NCBI GenBank assembly: GCA_965243025.1
Contig: CBDETY010000003.1
Span: 2,464,001 to 2,528,000 of the forward strand
Length of the DNA: 64,000 nucleotides
Reading direction: 5' to 3'
Source of the DNA: Candidatus Latescibacterota bacterium
GTDB taxonomy: Bacteria; Latescibacterota; UBA2968; UBA8231
The notes under the pieces are model-generated. The model ran no database searches and was not told the origin of the DNA. It saw nothing but the letters and a program-made list of their open reading frames with translations. Made by a program: the position numbers and the translations under genes. This document shows, piece by piece, positions 48,178 to 57,025 of the stretch (the first letter of the stretch is position 1; each line of letters starts with the position of its first letter).

Positions 48178-50835
48178 TCAATACGCGAGGTGCACCAATC
48201 GATGGGCCGAGCTGTTCTTGCCCGACTTGTCGTCGACGTCCAGGTCGATGCGCACGAGGTAGATGCCCGGGGGCGCCAGCCCGCCCGAGCCGTCCCTGCC
48301 GGTCCAGGTCACCTTGTGGCGGCCCGCCTCCTGCGAGTCGTCGCTCAAGCGGCTCACGAGGCGGCCGCTCAGGTCATACACTTCCACCCGAACCGGGGCG
48401 GCCCTTCCCACCCGCATCAGCGAATACCCGACCTCCAGGGCGTCGTTGACGCCGTCCCCGTTCGGCGTGAAACTGGCGTCGATCTCCAGGTCGCCCAACA
48501 GCTCCCCCTGCTCCAGCGCCAGCACCACCGTCGTCTCGCTGTCGTTGACCCCGTTGGCATCCCCGTCATCCACCCGCTGCCACGAGTTCGCGAACTCCGA
48601 GTGGCCCGTCGAGCCGATGAAGTAGGTGTTGTATGCGAAAATCGTCGCTTCGAACGCGACCTCGACCAGCACCGACCCGCTCGTCGTCTTGAGCGCTTCG
48701 GGAAAACGCACCCACAGCGAGTCCGACTCGTTGCGAACCACCTCGAAGCCGTCGCTGCCGGGCGTGTAGGTCACCGCTTCCCGGCCGGTGACGTTCACCT
48801 GCGCCTGCTTCAGCGACATCTCCACCCCGTCGGGCGCCTCGATGAGCACCTCGTCGAACCCCCGGCTGCCTTCCTCGAAGGTCGAGCGCACGAAGTAGGA
48901 CAGCTTCTGGCGGCGGCCGATCTCCTCCAGACGGGACGGCAGCACCTCCCCCAGGATGGCCCCGGCCACCGGCGTCACGAAGTTCAGCGCCAGCGAACGC
49001 AGCGTCGCCGAGGCCATCGGGTCTTCCGTCAGGAACGTCGCCCGGATCGACACGTAGCGGCGCGGACTCGGCGAGGTGATCTTTTCGCCCGGCTCGAAGT
49101 ACGGCTGGCTCCAGCCGCTCCAGTCGGGACCCGGAATGGTCTCGGTGACGGCCGGACCGACCGAGCTCTCGCCGAAAAGGTCCTTGTCGCTGTTGTAGGC
49201 TTTGGCCGCTTCCTCTTCGGTGCCGGGGTATACATCCCCGTTCTTCTTGTAGTAGTGCGTGATCTTCTGCACCGTGTCGCCAGAGCGCGTCTGGATGATC
49301 AGCTGTGTACCTGGCGGAGTATCGGCGTCCCATTCGATCGTCGACAGGTTCTGGGGAAGATCGCCCAGCTCGATGTACGGCGACTCCCCTGCGAAAACCG
49401 ACTCGATGCTGGATTCAGGCATGAACCCCTCGCCGAAAAACTGGATCTCCGACAGGCCGTGCCGCCCCGCCCTCTCGAACAGCCGGTAGGTGAAAGCGAA
49501 ATGTTCCACCTTGGACAGCGGAAACTTGAAGTCGTGATACGTTTCCCCCCCCCCGATGTTGCGGAGCGACCCGACCGTCTTCCACGCGAGCTCGCCTCCG
49601 GCATTGGTCGACCCGTCCGACAACTGAATCCGGTAGGCGCGAAAGGGCCCCGGCGGGCTGGTGGCTGATGAAAGCACCCGGATATTGTCGAGGAAGAAGG
49701 ATCCGCCGAGATCGATGAACAGCGAGCGCTCGACATCCGGCGGGTCCGAAATCGGCAGCCTGTCCGGATTGTAGCCGCCCTGGGCGGGCCAGTACACCAC
49801 CTCCCCGAAGAAATCCCCATCCACGACAGACCCCTCGGCCCCGTTGTTTTCCCAGCTCTTTGCGCTGCCGCCCCGCTCCAGCACCCCGGTGCCGATGTTG
49901 TCGCCGATCGCCCAGACCTCTACCTCCGCCAGCCTGGGAAGCTCGCGGCGGTAATGGACCACGGGCCCCTGTCTTCCGGAACTCTCCAGCACCTCCCAGT
50001 CCTCCCTTCCATCCAGCAACCAGACTTTTCCGGAGACCTCCCGCCGAAAGTACTCGATGTCTCCCTGAAGGCCGGTGGGAAGACTCTCGTAGACGGACTG
50101 CGAAACCTCCCTCGCCTTGCCGAAATCGCTGTCGGTGATGCCGACTCCGACATAGCGGATCACGTCCCCCGTGAAGTCGCCGTGCACGTTCGGCCACTTG
50201 GTGGGCAGCTGCCTGGTAAGGTCGATCTCGAACACCCGTTCGTTCTTGACCGGTCTGTTCGTGGTGAAGCGGGTTCGGTACAGCAGGGGACCGATGGTGG
50301 TTTCTCCCTGTGAGGTGGTCACCTTGAACTGCAGAAAGGGATCGCCCAGATCCTCGTCGACGAACTTCAGCACGATACGGGTGGCCGATACCGTCCTCCC
50401 CAGGTCGATCTGCACCCACCAGTCCTGGAGCGGGTCTGACACGTCCGGTTCCCACCAGGTGTCCATGCGGCCGTCCATCAGGTCGAGTGCGCCTGAAATA
50501 TTGGAGCCGGCATCCCTTATCCCGCCGCCGAACTCCGCGAAATCGAGAACGGCATTGATTCCGGGAACCACTACTTCCCTGCCATCGATGTCGAGAACGG
50601 TGCTTTTGCGGATGAACTCCGGCCGCACACCCTCGTCGCCGACCTGGATCGTTCCGGCAACCGAATGCCAGCGCTCCCAGTGCTCCCTCGAGTCGACAAC
50701 CACCCTTTCGGAATCGAGGGAATACCCTTCCTGGCTCCGGCCAACCCCCGACGAACCGAGGGTGATAACCGGGAGAAACAGGACTGTCCTAATTGACACG
50801 GCAGAAAATGCCGATCGACTCATGGCCGTTGCCAT
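48178..50835 (-). CDS. Secreted double discoidin-like/Ig protein with FlgD-Ig C-terminal domain
   Basis: Signal peptide, 'DG...TWWEP...WWVQIDLGR', second 'IDLGGSFFLDNIRV', 'WSGWSQPY', 'FTPNGDGVND', ends 'VHLAY'. Confidence 0.88.
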   Translation of the reverse strand: MATAMSRSAFSAVSIRTVLFLPVITLGSSGVGRSQEGYSLDSERVVVDSREHWERWHSVAGTIQVGDEGVRPEFIRKSTVLDIDGREVVVPGINAVLDFAEFGGGIRDAGSNISGALDLMDGRMDTWWEPDVSDPLQDWWVQIDLGRTVSATRIVLKFVDEDLGDPFLQFKVTTSQGETTIGPLLYRTRFTTNRPVKNERVFEIDLTRQLPTKWPNVHGDFTGDVIRYVGVGITDSDFGKAREVSQSVYESLPTGLQGDIEYFRREVSGKVWLLDGREDWEVLESSGRQGPVVHYRRELPRLAEVEVWAIGDNIGTGVLERGGSAKSWENNGAEGSVVDGDFFGEVVYWPAQGGYNPDRLPISDPPDVERSLFIDLGGSFFLDNIRVLSSATSPPGPFRAYRIQLSDGSTNAGGELAWKTVGSLRNIGGGETYHDFKFPLSKVEHFAFTYRLFERAGRHGLSEIQFFGEGFMPESSIESVFAGESPYIELGDLPQNLSTIEWDADTPPGTQLIIQTRSGDTVQKITHYYKKNGDVYPGTEEEAAKAYNSDKDLFGESSVGPAVTETIPGPDWSGWSQPYFEPGEKITSPSPRRYVSIRATFLTEDPMASATLRSLALNFVTPVAGAILGEVLPSRLEEIGRRQKLSYFVRSTFEEGSRGFDEVLIEAPDGVEMSLKQAQVNVTGREAVTYTPGSDGFEVVRNESDSLWVRFPEALKTTSGSVLVEVAFEATIFAYNTYFIGSTGHSEFANSWQRVDDGDANGVNDSETTVVLALEQGELLGDLEIDASFTPNGDGVNDALEVGYSLMRVGRAAPVRVEVYDLSGRLVSRLSDDSQEAGRHKVTWTGRDGSGGLAPPGIYLVRIDLDVDDKSGKNSSAHRLVHLAY

Positions 50836-50840
50836 GCCGG

Positions 50841-53531
50841 TCAGTACGCCATGTGCACCAGTTTATGGACCGAGCTGTTCTTTCCCGACTTGTCGTCGAC
50901 GTCCAGGTCGATGCGCACGAGGTAGATGCCCGGAGGCGCCAGGCCCCCCGAGCCGTCCCTGCCGGTCCAGGTCACCCGGTGGCGCCCCGCCTCCTGCGAG
51001 TCGTCGCTCAAGCGGTTCACCAGGCGGCCGCTCAGGTCATACACCTCCACCCGCACCGGGGCCGCCCGGCCCACCCGCATCAGAGTATACCCCACCTTCA
51101 GCTCCTCGTTGACGCCGTCTCCGTTCGGCGTGAAGCTGCGGTCGATCTCCAGGTTCCCCAGCAGCTCTCCAGGCTCCAGAGCCAGCACCACCGTCGTCTC
51201 GCTGTCGTTGACCCCGTTGGCATCCCCGTCACTCACCCGCTGCCACGAATCGGCGAATTCCGAATGACCCGTCGAGCCGATGAAGTAGGTGTTGTACCCG
51301 AATATCGTCGCCTCGAAATCGATCTCGACCAGCACCGAGCCGCTGGTCGACTTGATCGCTTCGGGAAAGCGCACCCACAGCGAGTCCGACTCGTTCTTCA
51401 TCACCTCGAATCCCTCGCTGCCGACCGTGTACGTTACGGCGTCCTGCCCGGTCACATTCACCTGCACCTGCTTCAGCGACATCTCCAACCCGTCCGGCGC
51501 CTCGATGAGCACCTCGTCGAACCCCCGGCTGTTTTCCTCGAAGGTCGAGTGCAGCAAGTAGGACAGCTCCTGCTTCCGGCCGATCTCTTCCAGGCGCGAC
51601 GGCAGCACCTCTCCAACGATTACTCCGGCCACCGGCGTCACGAAGTTCAGCGCCATGGAACGCAGGTTCACCGCCGCCATCGGATCCTCCGTGAGAAAGG
51701 TCGCTCTGACGGCGACGAACTTGCGCGGACTCGGGGAGGTGATCTTGTCGCCCGACTGGGAATACGGCTGGCTCCAGCCGCTCCAGTCGGGGCCTGTAGC
51801 CGCTTCCACGACGATGGGGCCGACCGAGCTCTCGCCGAAAAGGTCCTTGTCGCTTTCGTACGCTTTGGCCGCTTCCTCTTCGGTGCCCGGGTACTCATCC
51901 CCGTTCTTCTTGTAGTAGTGCTTGATCTTCTCCACCGTGTCGCCCGAGCGCGTCTGGATGATCAGCTGGGTAGCGGGCGGGATATCGGCCTCCCACTCGA
52001 TCGTCGAAAGGTTCTGGGGAAGTTCCCCCAACTCGATAAACGGAGACTCACCTTCGAAAACGGACTCGATAATCGATTCGGGCATGAACCCCTCGCCGAA
52101 AAACTGGATCTCCGACAGGGCGAACGAGTCCGCGTAGATTTGAACGGCGCTCGACCCATCGTTCGGCCACAGCCTGTAGGTGAAGGAAAAGTATTTCGCC
52201 TTCGTCAGCGGAAACTCGAAGTTGTTGTAACGCTGGCTGTTGGGGGAGGTAGTGATGTCGAGACCTGAAACCGATGCCACGGTCCGCCATTCCAGGGCGC
52301 CGCCGGCATTGGTGGAGCCGTCCGACAGCTGAACCCGGTATTCGGGAACGGGGTTTGTCCAGAAAGTAAGGGGGGCCTGCTGCAGCACGCGGATGTTGTC
52401 GAGAAAGAAAGCGCCCCCGAGATCGATGATGAGCTGGCGTTCCTGGTCCAGGGGCACCGTGGGTGCAATGAGGTCCGGATTGAAACCTCCCAGGCCGGTC
52501 CAGTACAGCACCTCCCCGAAAAACCGCCCGTCTACCAGCGCCCCTTCAGTGCCGTTGTTGTCGACACTCGTCACCGTGCCCCCGCGAGGCAGTACGCCGG
52601 TGCCGATGTTGTCACCGATCGACCACACCTCGATCTCGGCCAGCCTGGGCAGCTCGCGGCGATAGTAGACCACTTTCCCCTGGCTGCCGGTGCCTTCGAG
52701 GGCATCCCAGTCCTCCTTGCCCCCTCGGAGACGCAGCTCCCTTCCCGAAGCATCTCTGCGGAAGTACTCGATGTCCCCCTGCCGGTCGGGTGGCAGACTC
52801 TCGTATACGGCCTGGGGTACCTCCCGGCCTTTGCCGAAATCGCTGTCCGTCACGACGACACCGATGAAGTCGATGATATCCCCCGTGAAGCCCCCGGTTG
52901 AATTCGGCCATTTCGTCGGCGGTTGCCTGGTCAGGTCGATTTCGAACACGCGCTCGGTCTTGACCGGTTGTTTGGTGGTGAAGCGGGTCCGGGTCACGTA
53001 GGGGCCAACGGTAGTCTCTCCCTGGGAGGTGGTAACCTTGAAGTGGAGAAAGGGGTCTCCGAGGTCGTCGTCGACGAACTTGAGGACGATCTTGGTGGCC
53101 GAAACCGAGCGGCCCAGATCGACCTGGATCCACCAGTCCTGTACGGGGTCGGAGAGGTCGGGCTGCCAGTACGTGCTCAGGTCGCCATCGGTCACGTTGA
53201 GGGCGTCGAACCGGTTCGATCCAACGTCCAGGATTCCACCGCCGAAATCCGCGGCGTTGAGCATGGCGTTGATCCCGGGAACCGTTACTTCCTCTCCCTC
53301 TACCTCCAGCGTGGTGCTCTTGCGTATATACGCCGGCAGCACCCCCTCCTCGGTGATCTGCATCGTGTTGGCCGAGAACTTCCACTGCTCCCAGTTTCCC
53401 TTCGAATCGATCACCACCCTGCCAGGCTCGAGGGTAAACCCCTCCTGTCCCGAACTTCCCGCCGCCGCCAACAGGACGACCGGAATGCCGCGCGCCGCTA
53501 TTCGAAGGCCTGCTTCAAACGCCGATCCCAT
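50841..53531 (-). CDS. Secreted double discoidin-like/Ig protein with FlgD-Ig C-terminal domain (tandem paralog of 48178-50835)
   Basis: Same motif order as the neighbour, near-identical C-terminal half, ends 'VHMAY'. GAGGAG RBS. Confidence 0.88.
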   Translation of the reverse strand: MGSAFEAGLRIAARGIPVVLLAAAGSSGQEGFTLEPGRVVIDSKGNWEQWKFSANTMQITEEGVLPAYIRKSTTLEVEGEEVTVPGINAMLNAADFGGGILDVGSNRFDALNVTDGDLSTYWQPDLSDPVQDWWIQVDLGRSVSATKIVLKFVDDDLGDPFLHFKVTTSQGETTVGPYVTRTRFTTKQPVKTERVFEIDLTRQPPTKWPNSTGGFTGDIIDFIGVVVTDSDFGKGREVPQAVYESLPPDRQGDIEYFRRDASGRELRLRGGKEDWDALEGTGSQGKVVYYRRELPRLAEIEVWSIGDNIGTGVLPRGGTVTSVDNNGTEGALVDGRFFGEVLYWTGLGGFNPDLIAPTVPLDQERQLIIDLGGAFFLDNIRVLQQAPLTFWTNPVPEYRVQLSDGSTNAGGALEWRTVASVSGLDITTSPNSQRYNNFEFPLTKAKYFSFTYRLWPNDGSSAVQIYADSFALSEIQFFGEGFMPESIIESVFEGESPFIELGELPQNLSTIEWEADIPPATQLIIQTRSGDTVEKIKHYYKKNGDEYPGTEEEAAKAYESDKDLFGESSVGPIVVEAATGPDWSGWSQPYSQSGDKITSPSPRKFVAVRATFLTEDPMAAVNLRSMALNFVTPVAGVIVGEVLPSRLEEIGRKQELSYLLHSTFEENSRGFDEVLIEAPDGLEMSLKQVQVNVTGQDAVTYTVGSEGFEVMKNESDSLWVRFPEAIKSTSGSVLVEIDFEATIFGYNTYFIGSTGHSEFADSWQRVSDGDANGVNDSETTVVLALEPGELLGNLEIDRSFTPNGDGVNEELKVGYTLMRVGRAAPVRVEVYDLSGRLVNRLSDDSQEAGRHRVTWTGRDGSGGLAPPGIYLVRIDLDVDDKSGKNSSVHKLVHMAY

Positions 53532-53554
53532 TTCGTATCTCCTCGATTCGCAGA

Positions 53555-55498
53555 TCAGTACGCGACCGAAACAATCCCGCTGCTGATCTCGTTCTCCAGG
53601 TTCACGTCTGCATCTATCCGGTACAGGTACAACCCCGGGGGAACAATGCCGTTCGAATCGTCCGTTCCATCCCAGGTGTACGCGTACTGTCCGATGGGAT
53701 CCACCCCGGAATGCACCTGTTTTACCAGGCGGCCGGACAGGTCGAAGATCTCAATCGATACGGGAATCCCCGAAGTGACCCGCAACAAGGTGTAAGAGAT
53801 GTTGACGACGTCATTCACTCCGTCCCCGTTGGGAGTGAACGGGTTCGGCGAGACAGAAGGAGAAAACAGGAGCGAACGGCTCAACGAGGTCCTGATTGCA
53901 ATCCCGTCACTCGGGATCTCGTCGATTGCGTTGCCCGGCACAATCCGCTGGCGGACCTCCAGGGGTTTCAGCGTATCGAACACTCTGCCGTCGAACCGCG
54001 TTCCCACCTCTCTGAACACCGGGGCCGTGAAAACCACTTCGACAATCGTGCCGTTGTCGGACTGCTCCAGCCGGCGCGGAAGGAGCACTTCGAAACCGCG
54101 CCCGTCTTCTCTGACCCTCCATGTGAAATCGTCCTGGTTGACCGCGTCAATGCGCAGCGAATCGACGGATACCACCCCCGAGGGAGTGGAGATCTCGACG
54201 CCGTCGAACCCGCCCGCACCGGCGGGGATCGTCGGGCTGAAGTAGTAGGTGAACCGGGTCGGTTCCCCCACTGTAGTTTCCAGCGGAAAAACCTCCCCCA
54301 CCAACTCGCCGACCAATGGCGGAGATGATGCCTCGAACTGGATGTAATCGATATTGCCCCCGTCCTCGACGGTCGATGCGAAATCCGCCCTGATCTGAAC
54401 GTATCTCCGGGGCCCGGGAGATATGAAAGCCACACCGGGATTCTCGAACTCGTACGGACTCGACCAGAAGCTCCAGTTTTCGGTGTCGAAGGACACCTTG
54501 TCCCCATAGTTCACCGGTTTGTATATGTCCTCGAGCCTGCCGTACTTGTTCTTGTATTCCGTCAGGGTCAGGTCTCCTCCGCCGTCGAGGTAGCGGATGC
54601 TGTCCTGCTGTTCCGGACGGGTTTCCCAGAAAACCACCGGGTGGGGATCGAGTCCTGCCCTGGTCCGGATGGCGATCTGAGCGTTGGGGTCCCGTCCTCC
54701 CGCCCACGTGATTTCGCCCAGGCTGGCGATGTCATCCAGCTCGATCACGTCGGATTCGTACGCCGCCGGGGTGACGAAGCCGCCTCCGTACACCTCGAAA
54801 GAAGCCAGCCCGATCTCCTTGAGGGTCTGACGGCTGATCCGCAGCTGCAGCGCGTCGGTCGTTATCGGGGGCTCGAAGATCACGCTGACTTCAGGTTCGA
54901 AATTCTCCTTGATTTCGGCGACCACGGGGAAATTCGGGACCGAGTTTCCGTGGCGGAAGCCCCGGTCGCTGGCACCGATGACGAATTTCTCGAGAAAGTG
55001 CTCAGGCTTGTCGGGCAGGGGCCGGAACCGCACTTCATGGATCAGGAACCGACCACCGAGATCGACCGTCAGCTGCTCGCTGCGTGAACGAGCGGCATCG
55101 AAGCTCTCCGGGGCTATCGCCACCCAGGTATACGAGGTCGTCTCGTCTCCATCGACGAGCACCCTGGGGGCCAGCCGGTCGATATTGGCGAAGTCCCGCA
55201 CCCCGATCCACCCGTCCCTGTCGAGGAGCGTCCCGGCGATATCTTCCCCATCGTCGATGAAATTGGGCTGCAGCGACCCTGTCTGAAGAGAATCCGGCTC
55301 GAGCGCCTCTCCAAGCTGAAGCGGCAGCCAGTCGACTTCCCTGAAATCGATACCCAGCCCTCCGAGACTGTCCCTTTCAGCCGCGGAAAAGGGGGCCCCG
55401 ATGCGGTAGATGGTGAGACCCGATGCCTGTTCGGCGAGGAACAGGCACCCGAAAACGGAGGTGATCGAAAGCAATCGCGATAATCTCTCAAAAGACAT
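53555..55498 (-). CDS. Secreted discoidin-like/Ig protein with FlgD-Ig C-terminal domain
   Basis: Signal peptide from ATG 55498 (GAGGT RBS), 'VDLGGRF.I..VRF.P', 'RTRAG...WSFWSSPY...SPGPRRYVQ', 'GEVFP', 'PNPFTPNGDGVND', ends 'VSVAY'. Confidence 0.86.
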   Translation of the reverse strand: MSFERLSRLLSITSVFGCLFLAEQASGLTIYRIGAPFSAAERDSLGGLGIDFREVDWLPLQLGEALEPDSLQTGSLQPNFIDDGEDIAGTLLDRDGWIGVRDFANIDRLAPRVLVDGDETTSYTWVAIAPESFDAARSRSEQLTVDLGGRFLIHEVRFRPLPDKPEHFLEKFVIGASDRGFRHGNSVPNFPVVAEIKENFEPEVSVIFEPPITTDALQLRISRQTLKEIGLASFEVYGGGFVTPAAYESDVIELDDIASLGEITWAGGRDPNAQIAIRTRAGLDPHPVVFWETRPEQQDSIRYLDGGGDLTLTEYKNKYGRLEDIYKPVNYGDKVSFDTENWSFWSSPYEFENPGVAFISPGPRRYVQIRADFASTVEDGGNIDYIQFEASSPPLVGELVGEVFPLETTVGEPTRFTYYFSPTIPAGAGGFDGVEISTPSGVVSVDSLRIDAVNQDDFTWRVREDGRGFEVLLPRRLEQSDNGTIVEVVFTAPVFREVGTRFDGRVFDTLKPLEVRQRIVPGNAIDEIPSDGIAIRTSLSRSLLFSPSVSPNPFTPNGDGVNDVVNISYTLLRVTSGIPVSIEIFDLSGRLVKQVHSGVDPIGQYAYTWDGTDDSNGIVPPGLYLYRIDADVNLENEISSGIVSVAY

Positions 55499-55689
55499 GG
55501 ACGCTACCTCTTCGAGGGCTCGAAGCCGCACGGACTTCGGCCGTTTCGTCAGCAATAAGCAACTCGATATGCGACCGGCACAAGGCCGGTGTTCGTATCA
55601 AACAGGCATTCGCCGACGGTCCTGGATCCACAGGTGGGACAGCCCCCCTTTTTCCGAGGCCGTCCGGTTCGCAAAATGCCCCCGGGCGG

Positions 55690-55734
55690 AAAACAGAAAA
55701 GGGGGCGGAGAAATCCGGGATCTCTCCGCCCCCT
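55690..55734 (-). terminator. Intrinsic terminator after the CBM9/DOMON-like gene
   Basis: Perfect 12-bp stem AGGGGGCGGAGA (55700-55711) / TCTCCGCCCCCT (55723-55734), followed on the minus strand by a TTTCTGTTTT tract. Confidence 0.88.
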
Positions 55735-55770
55735 CGGTTTCAAGCTATCTCCTACAACAGAAGCTTTTGT

Positions 55771-56694
55771 TCAGTTGGAGAAGCTTTGCTTGATACGGGC
55801 CCAGCTGTCCTCCTCGACAGCGGTGGCCACGTTCTCTCCGGGAACCCACCAGTCCTCGTTGTAGCCGAGGAACACGTAGTCGACCATGGCGGTTGCCTTG
55901 AAGTAGATCTCGGTGTCGCCGCTGTTGGTCCAGTACCCGTTGTAACGGCCTTCGGCTCCGTCATCGTCGTCCTGAACGGAAAAGCCGACGCCCATGATCT
56001 CACCCTCTTGGATGGTGTGGAAGATGATCCTGTCGTCGTCCGGTCCCGTCGAGTTGGTGGGCAGATCGTTGAACGGAGTGAACCACATCTCCATGTAGAG
56101 AGTGGTCGGGCCCCCGACCAGCTCGCCTTCGTAAGACCACCTTACGCCCGAATGCGGCTCGGTGCCGGCCCACGGAGCACCACCCCAGATCCACATCTCG
56201 TTGGGGGCCCCTTTGTTGAGCTGGTAGCGGTAGTTCTGCGAGAGGGCGCCTTCCCACCTCTCGGGATCCAGACCTTCAGACTGCACGTTCTGGAAGATCG
56301 GGTCGGCGCTGTGGTCGAAGTCGAGCATCACTTCGAGGGTGTCGAAGTTGTTGTCGATGGTTCCGTAGAAGAAGTCGTCGAACTTTTCCTCCATGACATA
56401 GAGGAAGTTGGTCACCGGACTCCATCCGAAAATGATGCGCTCGGCGAGGTTGCCGGGATCCGGGTCGCCCTGCGTGCCGGTGACGGTCTCGACGAGGTCA
56501 TCGTGGGTTACCCAGAAGGCGGAAGGAACGTTGTCCCAATCGCCGAGATCTCCGTCCATCTCGACATCCCTGATCCCGTCCACGTTGATCGGAACCTGGA
56601 CAGCGGCCCAGTTCCTGTCGGTGCGCAGGTGGGCTGAGCCCGCCACGGCCATGACCAGAACCAGCCCGATTGCTGAAGCGAGAATCCTTTTCAC
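55771..56694 (-). CDS. Secreted CBM9/DOMON-like protein with short C-terminal 'TAVE..SW..IK' motif
   Basis: GTG start with a strong GAAAGGAG RBS; signal peptide 'KRILASAIGLVLVMAVAGSA'; 'MDGDLGDW', 'GWS...N.LY', 'D.LEV..D.DHS', 'G..MG.G..V.D.D'; ends 'TAVEEDSWARIKQSFSN'. Confidence 0.8.
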   Translation of the reverse strand: MKRILASAIGLVLVMAVAGSAHLRTDRNWAAVQVPINVDGIRDVEMDGDLGDWDNVPSAFWVTHDDLVETVTGTQGDPDPGNLAERIIFGWSPVTNFLYVMEEKFDDFFYGTIDNNFDTLEVMLDFDHSADPIFQNVQSEGLDPERWEGALSQNYRYQLNKGAPNEMWIWGGAPWAGTEPHSGVRWSYEGELVGGPTTLYMEMWFTPFNDLPTNSTGPDDDRIIFHTIQEGEIMGVGFSVQDDDDGAEGRYNGYWTNSGDTEIYFKATAMVDYVFLGYNEDWWVPGENVATAVEEDSWARIKQSFSN

Positions 56695-57025
56695 TGCTGA
56701 ATCTCCTTTCTCAGGATGAAAATGACTACTTGACGAATCTACCGAAAAGCGAAAGACCTTGCTGAAAGCAGCGGAACAAGCGATAACTGCTTCGTTTTCA
56801 CCCCCTTTCGACGCAGTTTTCCTCAAACATCCAAAACGGGATATCGGCATTCCGAATATGGACACTGCAGCCAAGCCATTGGAAATAAAGGACTTGGGCC
56901 ATCTATTGGCCGTCTCGGACAATTGGTTTGGCGGTAAAAATACAGAATTTCCCCCCGGAAAAAAAGGAAAAATTCCCAGAGGCCGGCACGGATCGATTTC
57001 GTGATCCTGCCTTGTCCGGGACCTG

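Noticed and set aside
48178-53531. Diversity-generating retroelement behind the variable paralogs
   Set aside because: No reverse transcriptase or non-coding template repeat is in the window. Differences include indels and are not adenine-specific.
46402-55498. Flagellar hook-capping (FlgD) function for the FlgD-Ig proteins
   Set aside because: Only the Ig-like C-terminal domain is shared. The proteins have Sec signal peptides and there are no flagellar genes nearby.
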